Assembly (NCBI GenBank): GCA_036732565.1
Contig: DAINCF010000002.1
Coordinates: forward strand, 1-59,851
Length of the DNA stretch: 59,851 nt
Direction of reading: 5' to 3'
From: Vicinamibacterales bacterium
GTDB taxonomy: Bacteria > Acidobacteriota > Vicinamibacteria > Vicinamibacterales > UBA2999
Each line of letters begins with the position of its first letter. Position 1 is the stretch's first letter. The notes under the pieces are model-generated. The model was not told the origin of the DNA, made no database searches, and saw only the letters and a list, made by a program, of their open reading frames with translations. Both the position numbers and the translations under genes were made by a program. Shown here one piece after another: positions 50,024 through 59,851 of this stretch.

Positions 50024-53000
50024 CAGAACTGCGCACGCAATGCGAACTGAAACGCCCTCGGCCCCCCAATTTGATACAGGGAGTTCAAACCGCCGACGCT
50101 GTTGAACATCTGTGTCGGCAGACCGAAGCTCGTGTTAGTCAAGTTGGCGACCGGATTGGCGAAGTTCGCCCGGTTCAGCGAATTGAATGCCTCGGCGCGC
50201 AGTTCGAGGCGCATCCTGGCAACGGTGAAGCGTCGTCGCACCGAGAGGTCGAGCTGGCTGAAAGGAAATCCTCGCAACGTGTTTCTTCCGAGCGATCCGT
50301 GCGTGTCGGTCCGTGCCACAAACGCATCACGATTGAAGCGTCGTCCTCCAGGCACCGCGGGATCCTCGAGTACGAGCGGCACATCAGGGACTACGTCAGG
50401 CCGAAGGCTGAGGAGATTGATCGCTGCCCCTCCCGGCGATGTCACATCGACCGGCGCCGCAGACATCGCCCGGACAACAGCGTCGATCGATGAGTCCCCC
50501 ACCAACAGCCGAGTCCATCCTCCGGGGGGTTCCGGAATCTGATACGTCGCCGCCAACGAAAACGAATGGCGCCGGTCGAAGTCAGATGGCCCACGGTTCT
50601 GTGCAGGACTGCTGACGATCGCAGGCAGATACATCAGCGCATCGCTGGACGAGGTGTCTGTCGACTTGGACAACGTGTAGTGGGCCAACGCCTGCAGACC
50701 GCCAGAGAGGCGACGACGATACTGCAACTGAAGAGCGTGATAGTCGGACCAGTCGAGGTTCCGCACGAGGCGAAGCTGACTGAAGTTGGGAACCTCGCTC
50801 TGGTAGAACTCCGTGCGATACAAGCGCCGGCCAGCCGTCCGCACATACGTGGCCGACACGGTTTGGCGCGCGCCGAGGGAATGCTCGAGGCCGACGTTGG
50901 CTTGAAGGGTGTACGGCAGTTTCAGATTCGGATCCGATCCATACACGAAGTTGTAGGGCGGCGCCGTTGTGAAGGCTGGCATGCTCGCGTCATCAACCGA
51001 CAACGGGTAGCGGGCCGGCGTGACCGTCCGCGTCGCCGCGTATGGGTAGCTGAACGCCCGATATGCGGCGCCGGTCTGGGTCGAGAAGCTATCGTAGAAG
51101 ATGCCAACGCCTCCGCGTAGGACGATCTGGCGATCTGCTGCCTGCGTCACGGCGTAGGACACGCCGACACGCGGAGCCACGTTGTCGAACGTCGTCTCGA
51201 ATGGCGGCGTCCCTTCCGGGGCCAGTGCGATCGTCGCTGGCGAGTCGACCCCGGTGACGGTGCGCGGGTCGTTGCCGTTCTTCTCCGACGGCGCCGGATT
51301 GAGCTCGTATCGGATGCCGTAGGTCAGCGTGAGGCGCGGCGAGATCGACCACGCGTCCTGTGCGAACAGGGACAGGCTCGTGAACCGCGGAAAAAACGGG
51401 CCCTCGAATGCCTGGACGATTGCGCTCGACGCGTTGCCAGCGAGAAGGGCGGCGACGTTCGGAAAGCTGATCGTCTGCTGATAGGCCACGAAATCGAAGA
51501 CGGGCGTCAAACGGCGATAGTCGAGGCCGAACTTGAGCTGATGCGAACCCGCGGACACCGACAACGTATCGACGATATTGAGTTGGTTCTGCGTGTTGCT
51601 GCCTTGGGACCCGAGGAATAGGTTCGGCAGCCCTGTCGGCACAATGGACACGACAGAGTCCTCGGGACTGATGAAGTCAGGAAAGAGCACGTCGTTGTCC
51701 GGCGGTGTCGCGTCACCATAAGTGTCAGGGATGCGGACTTGATGGCCTCGATTTCGGCTGATGTTGACGCGCAGCTCATTCACGCTCCGCCGAGATAGGA
51801 CGGACGTCGCTCCGAGCGTGACGGTCTGCGTGTTGAGCTGCGTCGGCACCAGCACGCTCAGGCTGTTGGAACTCACCCCGCGCGTCGCCTGTTCGGAGGG
51901 CGCGTAGTTGTAGCGGCCGAACAGCGTCACCGCGTCTGAGAGGCGATGATCGAGCCGGATGCTCGTCGCATCCGCGCGGGCGGGCGTCGAATACCCGCCG
52001 GCGAACTGTGCGACGCCGGAGGGCAGGTCCGGACCGGTCGGCATGGGATAGGCGTTCAGGATCTCCGCGATCGCGCCGGTCGCGGACGCGCGCGCCTGCC
52101 GTGACGGCACATCGACGATCGCGACCGTCGGAATCCGCTGGCGCAGGCCTTCGTACGAGAAGAAGAAAAAGGCACTGTTCCTCCCATCGTACGCGTCGCC
52201 TAGTCGAACTGGGCCACCCAGTACACCTCCAAACTGATTGTTGCGCAGCTGCGGCTTCGGCACCCCGCGTGCGTTCGCGAAGTAGTCGTTCGCATTCAGT
52301 GCGTCATGGCGAAAGTACTCGAACAACGATCCGGAGTAGGCGTTCGTACCTGAGCGCGTAACGATCGACACCTGTCCCCCCGGCGTGCGACCGTATTCCG
52401 GGGCGAAGCCGGACGTCTGTACGGTGAACTCCTGCATCGCCTCGAGGGAGACGAGGCTGGTGGTCGCACCGACGGCGTTGAATCCACCGAACTGTCCTGA
52501 AGCGCCGTTGAAGTTCGCCCCACTACCGGAAATCCCGAGATTCGCGGCCACGCCATCGACGTTGAAGCTGTTGGCGCTCTCGCGCGATCCGTTGACACTG
52601 AACTGTCCCTGTTGTGTCGTCGAGGCTAGGGTCGGGACGGCACCAGGCGCCAACTGGATGAGCGATTGAAACGTACGACCATTCATCGGGAGGTTCTCGA
52701 CAAACAGACGATCGATGGTTGTCGCGACCGTTCCAGATTGCGTCACGGGTGTCGCTTCAGCGACGACCGACACGGCGTCGGCCACGCTGCCAAGCTTCAA
52801 TGTGATCCGCAGGGATACATGGTCGCCCACGTTCAGGACAACGTTCGTGAGCTCGGCCGGCGCAAAACCATTCCGCTCAGCATGCAGGATGTAGCGTCCG
52901 GGGCTGACGAAGGGGAATGTGAAGCTTCCCTCGGCATTCGCCGTCGTCACCCGCGAGCCAGCGGTCTCGACATTGACCAGTCTGACAGTGGCATCGCGAA

Positions 53001-53205
53001 GCACAGCACCTGAGTCGTCGGCGACGATGCCGCTGAGTGTGGCAGTAGCGGTCTGACCGTGCGAAGCGCCTGGGATCAGTACCGCCGCCGCGAGGACAGC
53101 GAGGACCGCACTCGTCCGTCGGGTCGCCGCGTGGTCACGACGACCAGAAGCTCCATGCGTGCGGGTGAGCGGCCACCAAAATCGTCTCGCAGTCGAGAGG
53201 ATCAC
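50023..53205 (-). CDS. Oar-like TonB-dependent-receptor-family outer-membrane barrel with carboxypeptidase-regulatory-like domain
   Basis: 'ATLSGIVADDSGAVLRDATVRLVNVETAGSRVTTANAEGSFTFPFVSPGRYILHAERNGF' is a CarboxypepD_reg domain. A plug-like 'IDRLFVENLPMNGRTFQSLIQLAPG' follows. The C-terminus is 'FALRAQF'. The start is most likely the GTG at 53205 (GGAG 8 nt upstream). The ORF-track N-terminal extension overlaps the upstream permease. Confidence 0.85.
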   Translation of the reverse strand: MILSTARRFWWPLTRTHGASGRRDHAATRRTSAVLAVLAAAVLIPGASHGQTATATLSGIVADDSGAVLRDATVRLVNVETAGSRVTTANAEGSFTFPFVSPGRYILHAERNGFAPAELTNVVLNVGDHVSLRITLKLGSVADAVSVVAEATPVTQSGTVATTIDRLFVENLPMNGRTFQSLIQLAPGAVPTLASTTQQGQFSVNGSRESANSFNVDGVAANLGISGSGANFNGASGQFGGFNAVGATTSLVSLEAMQEFTVQTSGFAPEYGRTPGGQVSIVTRSGTNAYSGSLFEYFRHDALNANDYFANARGVPKPQLRNNQFGGVLGGPVRLGDAYDGRNSAFFFFSYEGLRQRIPTVAIVDVPSRQARASATGAIAEILNAYPMPTGPDLPSGVAQFAGGYSTPARADATSIRLDHRLSDAVTLFGRYNYAPSEQATRGVSSNSLSVLVPTQLNTQTVTLGATSVLSRRSVNELRVNISRNRGHQVRIPDTYGDATPPDNDVLFPDFISPEDSVVSIVPTGLPNLFLGSQGSNTQNQLNIVDTLSVSAGSHQLKFGLDYRRLTPVFDFVAYQQTISFPNVAALLAGNASSAIVQAFEGPFFPRFTSLSLFAQDAWSISPRLTLTYGIRYELNPAPSEKNGNDPRTVTGVDSPATIALAPEGTPPFETTFDNVAPRVGVSYAVTQAADRQIVLRGGVGIFYDSFSTQTGAAYRAFSYPYAATRTVTPARYPLSVDDASMPAFTTAPPYNFVYGSDPNLKLPYTLQANVGLEHSLGARQTVSATYVRTAGRRLYRTEFYQSEVPNFSQLRLVRNLDWSDYHALQLQYRRRLSGGLQALAHYTLSKSTDTSSSDALMYLPAIVSSPAQNRGPSDFDRRHSFSLAATYQIPEPPGGWTRLLVGDSSIDAVVRAMSAAPVDVTSPGGAAINLLSLRPDVVPDVPLVLEDPAVPGGRRFNRDAFVARTDTHGSLGRNTLRGFPFSQLDLSVRRRFTVARMRLELRAEAFNSLNRANFANPVANLTNTSFGLPTQMFNSVGGLNSLYQIGGPRAFQFALRAQF

Positions 53206-53228
53206 GTAGAAGTCTCCAGTTTCAGACG

Positions 53229-55706
53229 TCACTCTTGCTTCAGCGCGTCTATTGGATCGACCGCAGCCGCCCGTCGCGCTGGGAGATAGCAAGCCGCGGC
53301 GCAGGCCATCGCCAGCGTCAAGGACACGCCAAACCATGTCAACGGATCCATCACCGTGATGCCGAACAACAACGCCGAGAGCGTCCGCGTCACGACTGTC
53401 GATACTGCGAGGCCGACAATGATTCCTACGAACGCAGGTGTCATCCCCTGCCGAACAATCAGTGCGATCACCTCTGCAGCCTGCGCGCCGAGCGCTATCC
53501 GGATACCGAGTTCGCGCGAGCGCTGCCGGACCGACCACGCGAGGATGCCGTGAATGCCGACGAGCGCGAGGGCCACGGCGATTGCGGCAAACACCCACAA
53601 GACGGCCGTCCACAAACGCTGCTGCCAGATCGAGCTGGCCAGGATCGACGTCATCGTTCGCAGGCTGTAGATGGCTAGATCGGGATCGACGGCCCAGATC
53701 TCGCGCTGAACCGCGCGCGCCGATTCGAGCGGCGCACCACGCGTGCGGATGACGAAGTGAAAATCACCGGCTGTGACCTGCGTGTATGGATAGTAGATGG
53801 CCAGGTCGCTCTCGGCGTGGAGCCCGCTGTACTTCACGTTGCCGACGACCCCGACGATCGTGAACCACTCGCCAGGTGCGGTGGCGCTTCCGGGCTTGAT
53901 GCGCTTGCCGATCGGGTCGGAGTCCGGCCAGAAACGCCTCGCCATCGCTTCGTTCACGATCGCCACGCGAGGGCGAGCCTGCGTCTCGTGCTCTTCAAAG
54001 GGGCGCCCGCGCGTCAGCGGAATCCCGGATACATGAAAGTAATCCGGAGTGATCACGACCCCTCTGACAAGGGGGTTGCGCTCCTGCTCGCTCGTCCCTT
54101 GGCCGTCGAGCGTCACCGGGCCAGGCTGCCGGATGGCGCTCCTGCCGTCGTACGGAATGACACGGCTTCCAGCGGCGGCGTCAACGCCGGGAATCGATTT
54201 CAGGCGTTCGACGATACGCTGATAGAGCGACGTGTAGGCGGGCAGCGGAGGCGTGGCAACGTATCGGTCGCCTGGCGGCGAGACGTACACAACCAGCAGT
54301 CCGTCTGGTCGAAATCCTGGATCCACGCGTTGCAGATTCGAAAAGCTCCGAAGCATCAGACCTGCGCCGATCAGGAGAAGCAGCGAAAACGCGACCGCCG
54401 ATGCCACAAGGACCGCACGACCAAACGCGGTCGCGCGGCTTCCCGCGGCGCCACGACTGCCTTCCTTGAGAGCTTGTTCTTGGTCCTGCCGCAATGCGCG
54501 CAGCGCAGGCACGACACCGGCGACGATTCCGACACCAAGCGCAAGCAGCCACGCGTATGAAAGCACGCGCCAATCCAAATCGAAGGTGATCCACAGCGGG
54601 AGGTCGATCGGAATCGATGCTCGGAGCGCGCGCACACTCCCAACCGACACCATCACGCCCAGTACGGCCCCGAGCAGCGCAAGCGTCAGGCTTTCGCTGA
54701 CTAGGTGTCGAATCACCCCGCTGCGGCCGGCACCCAGTGCGATGCGTACTGCAAGCTCCTTGCGTCGTTCAGTCGCGCGGGCGAGCAGAAGGTTAGTCAC
54801 GTTGACGCACGACACGAGGAACACGAAGCCGGCGGCCCCAAGCAACGGCGGAAGGTACGGGCGGATGTCACTGACCTGCGAATCTCGAAGGGGCGCCATC
54901 GAGAAACGCACGCCCGTGTTCGTCTGTGGATATTCGCGTTCGAGGCGCCCTGCGATACTGTCCAAGTCCTGCTGTGCGGTGGCTTTCGACACGTCCGCTC
55001 GCAACCGTCCAACGACTGCCCACCCTCTGGCGTCGCGGTTGAAGCTCCGCATCGTGCGCTTGGCGCGGTCGAACCAGCTTTCGATCGGTGCCCACGCGTC
55101 GGCGTTGTCGGGAAACCGAAAACCCGGAGGCATCACGCCAACGATTCTGTAGTCGGTGGTGTCAAGCTTGATGCCACGCCCAATGATTCCGGCCTCCGCA
55201 TTGAATCGGCGACGCCAGAGGTCGTGGCTGAGAATCACCGAGTACAGGTCCTCGCCGGGGCGCTCCTCGGCGTGGACGAACGCACGACCGAGATACGGAG
55301 GTACACCAAGAAGGGTGAAGAGCTCTGACGAGGCGAAGTTCACGCGAACAGGGAGTGGCTCCGTCACCTCTCCAGGCAGATTGAAGTCGAGAGTCGTAAA
55401 CGTTGCGAGGCGCTCGAACGTCCGATTCTGATCTCTCAGATCCAGGTAGTCAGCTAGCGAGGTGCCGACCGGCCGTGCCTCTGCATGCAGTTGCCGGCTC
55501 TGAACCTGCAGCAGCCGTTCCGGCTGGTCGTACGGAAGAGGGCGCAGCAGGATGCCATTGACGACACTGAAGATCGTGGTATTCGCGCCAAGGCCCAGCG
55601 CAAGCGTCAGGACGACGGCTAGCGAGAAGCCTGGACGGTGCCACAGAACTCGGAGCGTGCCGGGCCAATTCGCCACCGTGCGACACATCGTGAGGACGAG
55701 CAGCAC
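53229..55706 (-). CDS. ADOP-family duplicated MacB/FtsX-type ABC permease
   Basis: 'LWHRPGFSLAVVLTLALGLGANTTIFSVVNGILLRPLPY', 'RKELAVRIALGAGRSGVIRHL' and 'SRELGIRIALGAQAAEVIALI' mark two FtsX modules. The protein is 825 aa (GTG start 55706; alternative ATG at 55688). Confidence 0.9.
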   Translation of the reverse strand: MLLVLTMCRTVANWPGTLRVLWHRPGFSLAVVLTLALGLGANTTIFSVVNGILLRPLPYDQPERLLQVQSRQLHAEARPVGTSLADYLDLRDQNRTFERLATFTTLDFNLPGEVTEPLPVRVNFASSELFTLLGVPPYLGRAFVHAEERPGEDLYSVILSHDLWRRRFNAEAGIIGRGIKLDTTDYRIVGVMPPGFRFPDNADAWAPIESWFDRAKRTMRSFNRDARGWAVVGRLRADVSKATAQQDLDSIAGRLEREYPQTNTGVRFSMAPLRDSQVSDIRPYLPPLLGAAGFVFLVSCVNVTNLLLARATERRKELAVRIALGAGRSGVIRHLVSESLTLALLGAVLGVMVSVGSVRALRASIPIDLPLWITFDLDWRVLSYAWLLALGVGIVAGVVPALRALRQDQEQALKEGSRGAAGSRATAFGRAVLVASAVAFSLLLLIGAGLMLRSFSNLQRVDPGFRPDGLLVVYVSPPGDRYVATPPLPAYTSLYQRIVERLKSIPGVDAAAGSRVIPYDGRSAIRQPGPVTLDGQGTSEQERNPLVRGVVITPDYFHVSGIPLTRGRPFEEHETQARPRVAIVNEAMARRFWPDSDPIGKRIKPGSATAPGEWFTIVGVVGNVKYSGLHAESDLAIYYPYTQVTAGDFHFVIRTRGAPLESARAVQREIWAVDPDLAIYSLRTMTSILASSIWQQRLWTAVLWVFAAIAVALALVGIHGILAWSVRQRSRELGIRIALGAQAAEVIALIVRQGMTPAFVGIIVGLAVSTVVTRTLSALLFGITVMDPLTWFGVSLTLAMACAAACYLPARRAAAVDPIDALKQE

Positions 55707-55770
55707 AGGCGCGCACCCCCGTTCTCACGAGTGGCCGCTACGAGCCGATGAGTGGCTGGATTCCGCAGCC

Positions 55771-58218
55771 TCACTCAGCTCGCAGCGCGATTGTTGGGTC
55801 GACACGCGAGGCACGCATCGCAGGGAGCCAGCAGGCCAGCGCCACCGTGAGGCAGATCACCAGCAGTACTGACGCATAGGTCGAAAGATCGTATGCGGTC
55901 ACGCCGAACAGGAAGCTCGCCGCCAGTTGACCGAGTGCCAGTGCGCCGAGTAGACCGATGGCGGCGCCAATCGCGCAGAGCTTGGCGCCCTCGCGCAGGA
56001 CCAAGGCGCGGACCGCGGACGGCGCGGCGCCGAGGGCCAGCCGCACGCCCATCTCTCGCGTTCGCTGCGCAACCGCGTAACTGATCACCCCGTAGACGCC
56101 GACCGCGGCCAGCATCAGCGCCAGCGCAGCGAACGCCGTGAACAGTACGCCCCATAACCGTCGCTGCCACAGCGATTCGGTCATCGTCCGCTGGACGGTC
56201 TTCACCGACGACACGGCGGCGGTCGGCTCCGCCGCGAGCACGGCGCGACGAATGGTGTCCGTGAACCCTTCAGGATCGCCGTTCGTCCGCACGACGTAGT
56301 AGCTGGTGGCGGCGGGCCACTGCGTGGTCGGGTAGTAGAGCTCGACGCCGACCTCGCCCTCGGCGGCGTGATGCTTGACGTTGCCAACGATGCCCACGAC
56401 CCGGGTCCACGGGTTGACGGGGGTAACTTGTCCCCAAGAGATGTACTGCCCAATGGGATCCTGGTTCGGCCAGAACAGCTGTGCGGCGCGCTCGCTGATC
56501 ACCGTGACGGGCTCGGACTCGGTCGTGTCATTGGCTTCGAGCAACCGCCCACGCACCAGCGGAATGCGCATGGTCGCGAAGTAGTCGGGAGTGACGTCCG
56601 CACCAGAGATCGGCGCCAGCGTCTTGCCGTCCTGCTCGGCGCGGCCTTTGATGAAGATGTCGGCTTGGATGCGCTCCGTGCTGGTACTGCTGTACGGCAG
56701 GTAGGTCGAGACCGCGGCCGAGCGCACACCGGGAAGCGCGCGGAGCGCATCGAGCACGCGCTCGTGAATGGCCGCGAGCACTGCGGCGGACGTCTGACGG
56801 CTCCCAGGCGCCCAGAGCACGACTCGCGCGGCAACCGCCCCCTCCGGCTCAAACCCGGGATTGCGCTGCTGCAACTCGAGGAACGTCTTCATCAGCAATC
56901 CGGCGCAGACGAGCAGCAGCACCGACAGTGCGATCTCCGTGATCACCAGCGACGACCGCACCGGCGATCGCGTCGCGCCTCGTGCACCGTCTCTCAGGCT
57001 GCCCGCGAGATCGACGCGCCATCCGGCCATGATCGGGGCGAGGCCAAACAACAGCGCAGTCACAATCCCAAGCGCAGCCGCGAGCGCTAGCACCGGACCG
57101 TCGACCTCGACTCGCACCCAAGCGGGCAAATCGACAGGAATCAGTCCCAGCAGCCCACGGACACCAGCCCACCCCATAGCGACGCCACACAGCGCGCCGG
57201 CAACGCCGACGAGCAGGCTCTCGATCAACAGCCCGCGTACGATGCGGCCGCCGCCGGCGCCGAGCGCAGCCTTGACCGCGATCTCGCGGCGTCGCCCAGC
57301 GGTGCGCACCAGGAGCAGGTTCGCGACGTTGGCGCAGCAGATCAAGAGTACGAACGCCACGCCCGCCAGGCACACAATCAGGTACGGTCGGACGTCACCC
57401 ATCTCGAACTCGCGCATCGGCGTCAGGGCCACGCGCACGCCGTCGTTCTCACGCGGAAAGTCGCGCTCCAGCGCCGTCGCGGTCGCGTTCAGGTCGGCCG
57501 TGGCGTCGGCAATCGAACGGCCCGGCGCCAGCCTCGCGAGCGTGTTGTACCAACGACCGCCGCGCCACTTGTTGCGGCGGTCGTCGTCGGCCGCCATGTT
57601 CTGGTACCACGACTCCATCGGCATCCACGCCGCGACGCGATCGGGAAACGCGAAGCCGGGCGGCATCACTCCGATGATGGTGTACGTCAGTCGATCGGTG
57701 CGAAGTGGCTTGCCGACGATCGCTGGGTCGGCGCCGAATTGCGACTGCCAGAGCTCGTAGGCGATCACCGCCTTGTTGACATCACCGCCCGGGCGATCTT
57801 CCTCTGGCAGGAACAACCGCCCAACAACCGGCGTCACGCCGAGCAACGCAATCGCGTCGGCATCGAGCTGGGACGCTCTGATCACGATAGGAGCGCCGTC
57901 CGTCAGCAGCCGCGTGTCGAACACGGCAAACGCGCCGATACCGGCCACAGCTCGTGAGAGCCGGCGGTAATCCTGGACGTCGAGCAGGGACATCCCTCGC
58001 TTCGCGCCGCCTTCTTTCGTGTACACGCTCTGCACACGCACGAGATCATCGGGTGCCGCGTACGGATACGGCCGCAGCAGCAATGCATAGACAAAGCTGT
58101 ACACGGTCGTGGTCGCGCCGATGCCGAGCCCCAGCGTCAACACCAGGGCAATCGTGAAGGTGGGGCGTGCCAGCAGTCCCCTGACCGCGTCGCGGAGGTC
58201 GATCGCCAATCCGCTCAT
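55771..58218 (-). CDS. ADOP-family duplicated MacB/FtsX-type ABC permease
   Basis: 'LRDAVRGLLARPTFTIALVLTLGLGIGATTTVYSFVYALLLRPYPY', 'RREIAVKAALGAGGGRIVRGL' and 'TREMGVRLALGAAPSAVRALV'. ATG at 58218. Confidence 0.9.
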   Translation of the reverse strand: MSGLAIDLRDAVRGLLARPTFTIALVLTLGLGIGATTTVYSFVYALLLRPYPYAAPDDLVRVQSVYTKEGGAKRGMSLLDVQDYRRLSRAVAGIGAFAVFDTRLLTDGAPIVIRASQLDADAIALLGVTPVVGRLFLPEEDRPGGDVNKAVIAYELWQSQFGADPAIVGKPLRTDRLTYTIIGVMPPGFAFPDRVAAWMPMESWYQNMAADDDRRNKWRGGRWYNTLARLAPGRSIADATADLNATATALERDFPRENDGVRVALTPMREFEMGDVRPYLIVCLAGVAFVLLICCANVANLLLVRTAGRRREIAVKAALGAGGGRIVRGLLIESLLVGVAGALCGVAMGWAGVRGLLGLIPVDLPAWVRVEVDGPVLALAAALGIVTALLFGLAPIMAGWRVDLAGSLRDGARGATRSPVRSSLVITEIALSVLLLVCAGLLMKTFLELQQRNPGFEPEGAVAARVVLWAPGSRQTSAAVLAAIHERVLDALRALPGVRSAAVSTYLPYSSTSTERIQADIFIKGRAEQDGKTLAPISGADVTPDYFATMRIPLVRGRLLEANDTTESEPVTVISERAAQLFWPNQDPIGQYISWGQVTPVNPWTRVVGIVGNVKHHAAEGEVGVELYYPTTQWPAATSYYVVRTNGDPEGFTDTIRRAVLAAEPTAAVSSVKTVQRTMTESLWQRRLWGVLFTAFAALALMLAAVGVYGVISYAVAQRTREMGVRLALGAAPSAVRALVLREGAKLCAIGAAIGLLGALALGQLAASFLFGVTAYDLSTYASVLLVICLTVALACWLPAMRASRVDPTIALRAE

Positions 58219-58275
58219 CTCATGAGAGTGACGCGCGTGATGAGCCGGACATTGCGAAAGCAAATCAACGGGATG

Positions 58276-58323
58276 AAAAGGGAGGTCAGTGGATGCGGAA
58301 CGGAGATGGGCGCGAACCTCCCC
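58276..58323 (-). terminator. Hairpin (GGGAGGT ... ACCTCCC) followed on the minus strand by a U-rich run, 3' of the partial ADOP gene
   Basis: A 7-bp stem with a long (29-nt) loop, then CUUUUCAU on the minus-strand RNA. It lies 27 nt after the stop at 58350. This is weak evidence. Confidence 0.3.
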
Positions 58324-58349
58324 TTGATCGACCAATACGATGAACCGGA

Positions 58350-59851
58350 CTATTCGATCCGGAGCGCGTCAGTGACTTCGATCCGCGCCGCCGTGCTCGC
58401 CGGTCGCCAACACGCGAGCGCAGCGACCGCGAGCAAGAGGGCGGGAACGCCGAGGTAGACCAGCGGATCGAATGGTCCGATGCCGAACAACAATCGACGC
58501 ATGATCGGCGCCGCAGCGATCGCGCCGAGGAGGCCCACGACGACACCGGCGGCGACCACCCGCATGCCGTCCTTGAGCACCTGTATCCGGAGACCGTGCG
58601 GCGTCTCCCCCAGCGCCAGGCGGATGCCCAGCTCGCGTCCGCGCTGCGAAACCGCGTAGCTCACCGCTCCGTAGACACCGATAGCCCCGAGGCCCAGCGC
58701 GAGCGCGGCAAACGTCGCGAGTACCCAGAGCGCGAACTGCCGTTCACGCGTGTGCAACCGCACCCACTCACCGAGCGGCATCAGATTGGCCAACGCCACA
58801 CCTGAGTCCAATTGTCGGACGGCGGTGCGCACGTCGCCCACGGGCACCGGTCCGCTGCGGCCACGCACCACCAGCGACTGAAACGGCATCGGCATCCGCT
58901 GGAACGTCGTGTAGAACTCGGGTGCAGAGGGCACGTCGAGACGCTGCTGGCGGACGTCGCCCACCACGCCGACGATCTCGCTCCACGGCTCATCCCGACC
59001 GCTGCGAATGCGCCGGCCGATCGGCGACGCCTCACCGAACAGCCGACGAGCGAACGCGCGGTTGACAACGATGACCCGCGCGCCACCTTCCCAGATCTCG
59101 AGCTCGGTCGGCCATCGTCCGCTCCCGAGCGAAATCCCCATCGCGGCGAAGTAGTTGCCGGCCACCTGGTTGTAATAGACGAGGGGCTCCTGTCCTTCTG
59201 GGACCGGGCTGCCCTCGATCTCGATCGTCGACGTCCACAGCTTCGGCTTGTAGGGGAAATAGAGAAGCCCTCCGGCCGCCTCCACGCTGGGCATGGCCTC
59301 GAGCGACCGAATCAGATCGCGATAGAACCGCACGTACGCCGCGTCGTCGGGATAGCGCGAGCTCGGAATATAGAGGTCGAAATACGTCGCACGCTCTGCA
59401 TCGAAACCCGGGTCGACGCGCAAGACATTGGCGAAGCTTCTGAGCAGCAGGCTTCCAGCAATCAGCAGCAGGCACGCCATCGCGATCTGAAGGCCGACGA
59501 GTGCGTGGTGCCATCGCTGCGCGCCGCGGCTCGCGGTGCCCGAGCGCCCGGACTCGGCGAGCACGCCCGAGAGGTTGCCGCGCCCGAGCTCGAACGACGG
59601 AGCGATCGCGCACAGAAGCGCCGCCACGATTGCCAACGCAAGCGCGAAGGCGATGACGCCAGGGGTCAGGCTGGCCTCGCCAAGACGTGGCAGCGCGGTC
59701 CCGAATCCAGCCAACGCGCGAATACTCGCCCACGCAATCCCGAGGCCGACGAGACCGCCGCCGAGCGCGAGGACGACGCCTTCAAGGATCAGCAGCCGCA
59801 CCACGCGAGCGGGCCGCGCGCCGAGCGCCAGCCGCGTTGCCGTCTCGCGCC
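58350..59851 (-). CDS. ADOP-family duplicated MacB/FtsX-type ABC permease, 5'-truncated by the window end
   Basis: The reading frame stays open to the window edge. In-frame upstream codons give '...RETATRLALGARPARVVRLLILEG', the FtsX-loop motif of the first module. The second module contains 'GRELGIRLALGETPHGLRIQV'. Confidence 0.9.
   Translation of the reverse strand, partial: RETATRLALGARPARVVRLLILEGVVLALGGGLVGLGIAWASIRALAGFGTALPRLGEASLTPGVIAFALALAIVAALLCAIAPSFELGRGNLSGVLAESGRSGTASRGAQRWHHALVGLQIAMACLLLIAGSLLLRSFANVLRVDPGFDAERATYFDLYIPSSRYPDDAAYVRFYRDLIRSLEAMPSVEAAGGLLYFPYKPKLWTSTIEIEGSPVPEGQEPLVYYNQVAGNYFAAMGISLGSGRWPTELEIWEGGARVIVVNRAFARRLFGEASPIGRRIRSGRDEPWSEIVGVVGDVRQQRLDVPSAPEFYTTFQRMPMPFQSLVVRGRSGPVPVGDVRTAVRQLDSGVALANLMPLGEWVRLHTRERQFALWVLATFAALALGLGAIGVYGAVSYAVSQRGRELGIRLALGETPHGLRIQVLKDGMRVVAAGVVVGLLGAIAAAPIMRRLLFGIGPFDPLVYLGVPALLLAVAALACWRPASTAARIEVTDALRIE

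Noticed and set aside
53206-53613. N-terminal extension of the 50023..53613 ORF
   Set aside because: It overlaps the C-terminus of the ADOP permease in another frame. The hydrophobic signal sequence and the GGAG-preceded GTG at 53205 fit a shorter gene.
1-59851. tRNA, rRNA, tmRNA, transposase, integrase, phage or other mobile-element signatures
   Set aside because: I scanned by eye for T-loop-like GGTTCGAATCC motifs, rRNA-like low-GC3 stretches and DDE or tyrosine-recombinase motifs in the ORF translations. None were found. The absence is not proof without tRNAscan or Infernal.

Overview
This is a GC-rich window with strong GC3 bias, densely packed with genes and not mobile. It is most likely from an Acidobacteriota chromosome. 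That call is an inference from four 'ADOP' duplicated orphan MacB-type permeases and several Oar-like outer-membrane barrels with carboxypeptidase-regulatory domains.

About 39 protein genes can be supported:
- Central carbon genes: tal and pgi (divergent), and an overlapping ackA-xfp phosphoketolase pair.
- DNA repair and envelope genes: a two-domain LigD (ligase plus primase-polymerase), an AsmA-family protein and a SAM methyltransferase.
- Secreted enzymes: a PQQ sugar dehydrogenase with PKD and lectin-like repeats, and an astacin with FN3 repeats.
- Import and efflux: a FecCD/BtuF-type ABC importer, and a czcCBA heavy-metal RND operon. The czc operon is preceded by a His-rich small protein and followed, on the same strand, by an Oar-like barrel and a sulfatase-like TPR fusion.
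- A Phd/VapC toxin-antitoxin pair.
- A 13-kb same-strand block of three ADOP permeases, an Oar-like barrel and two ABC-2/DUF3526-like permeases, with no ATPase gene.

I found no rRNA, tRNA, CRISPR array, transposase, integrase or phage genes.

Features the gene list does not explain:
- A dispersed family of 7-8-nt-period tandem repeats (CTTGR/CTCGA core) that fills four intergenic gaps, plus an in-frame 9-nt repeat inside ligD.
- A perfect 23-bp palindrome in the czc promoter region.
- An alpha/beta-hydrolase-fold protein upstream of an ADOP permease that appears to lack its catalytic residues.
- A decayed stretch (about 26.7-31 kb) holding a truncated Crp-family remnant and two gaps of roughly 0.7-0.8 kb with no convincing ORF.

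No clearly novel system can be proven from sequence alone. The ATPase-less transporter block, the short-period repeat family and the extended czc operon are the best candidates. All family assignments come from reading motifs by eye and need HMM or structure confirmation.
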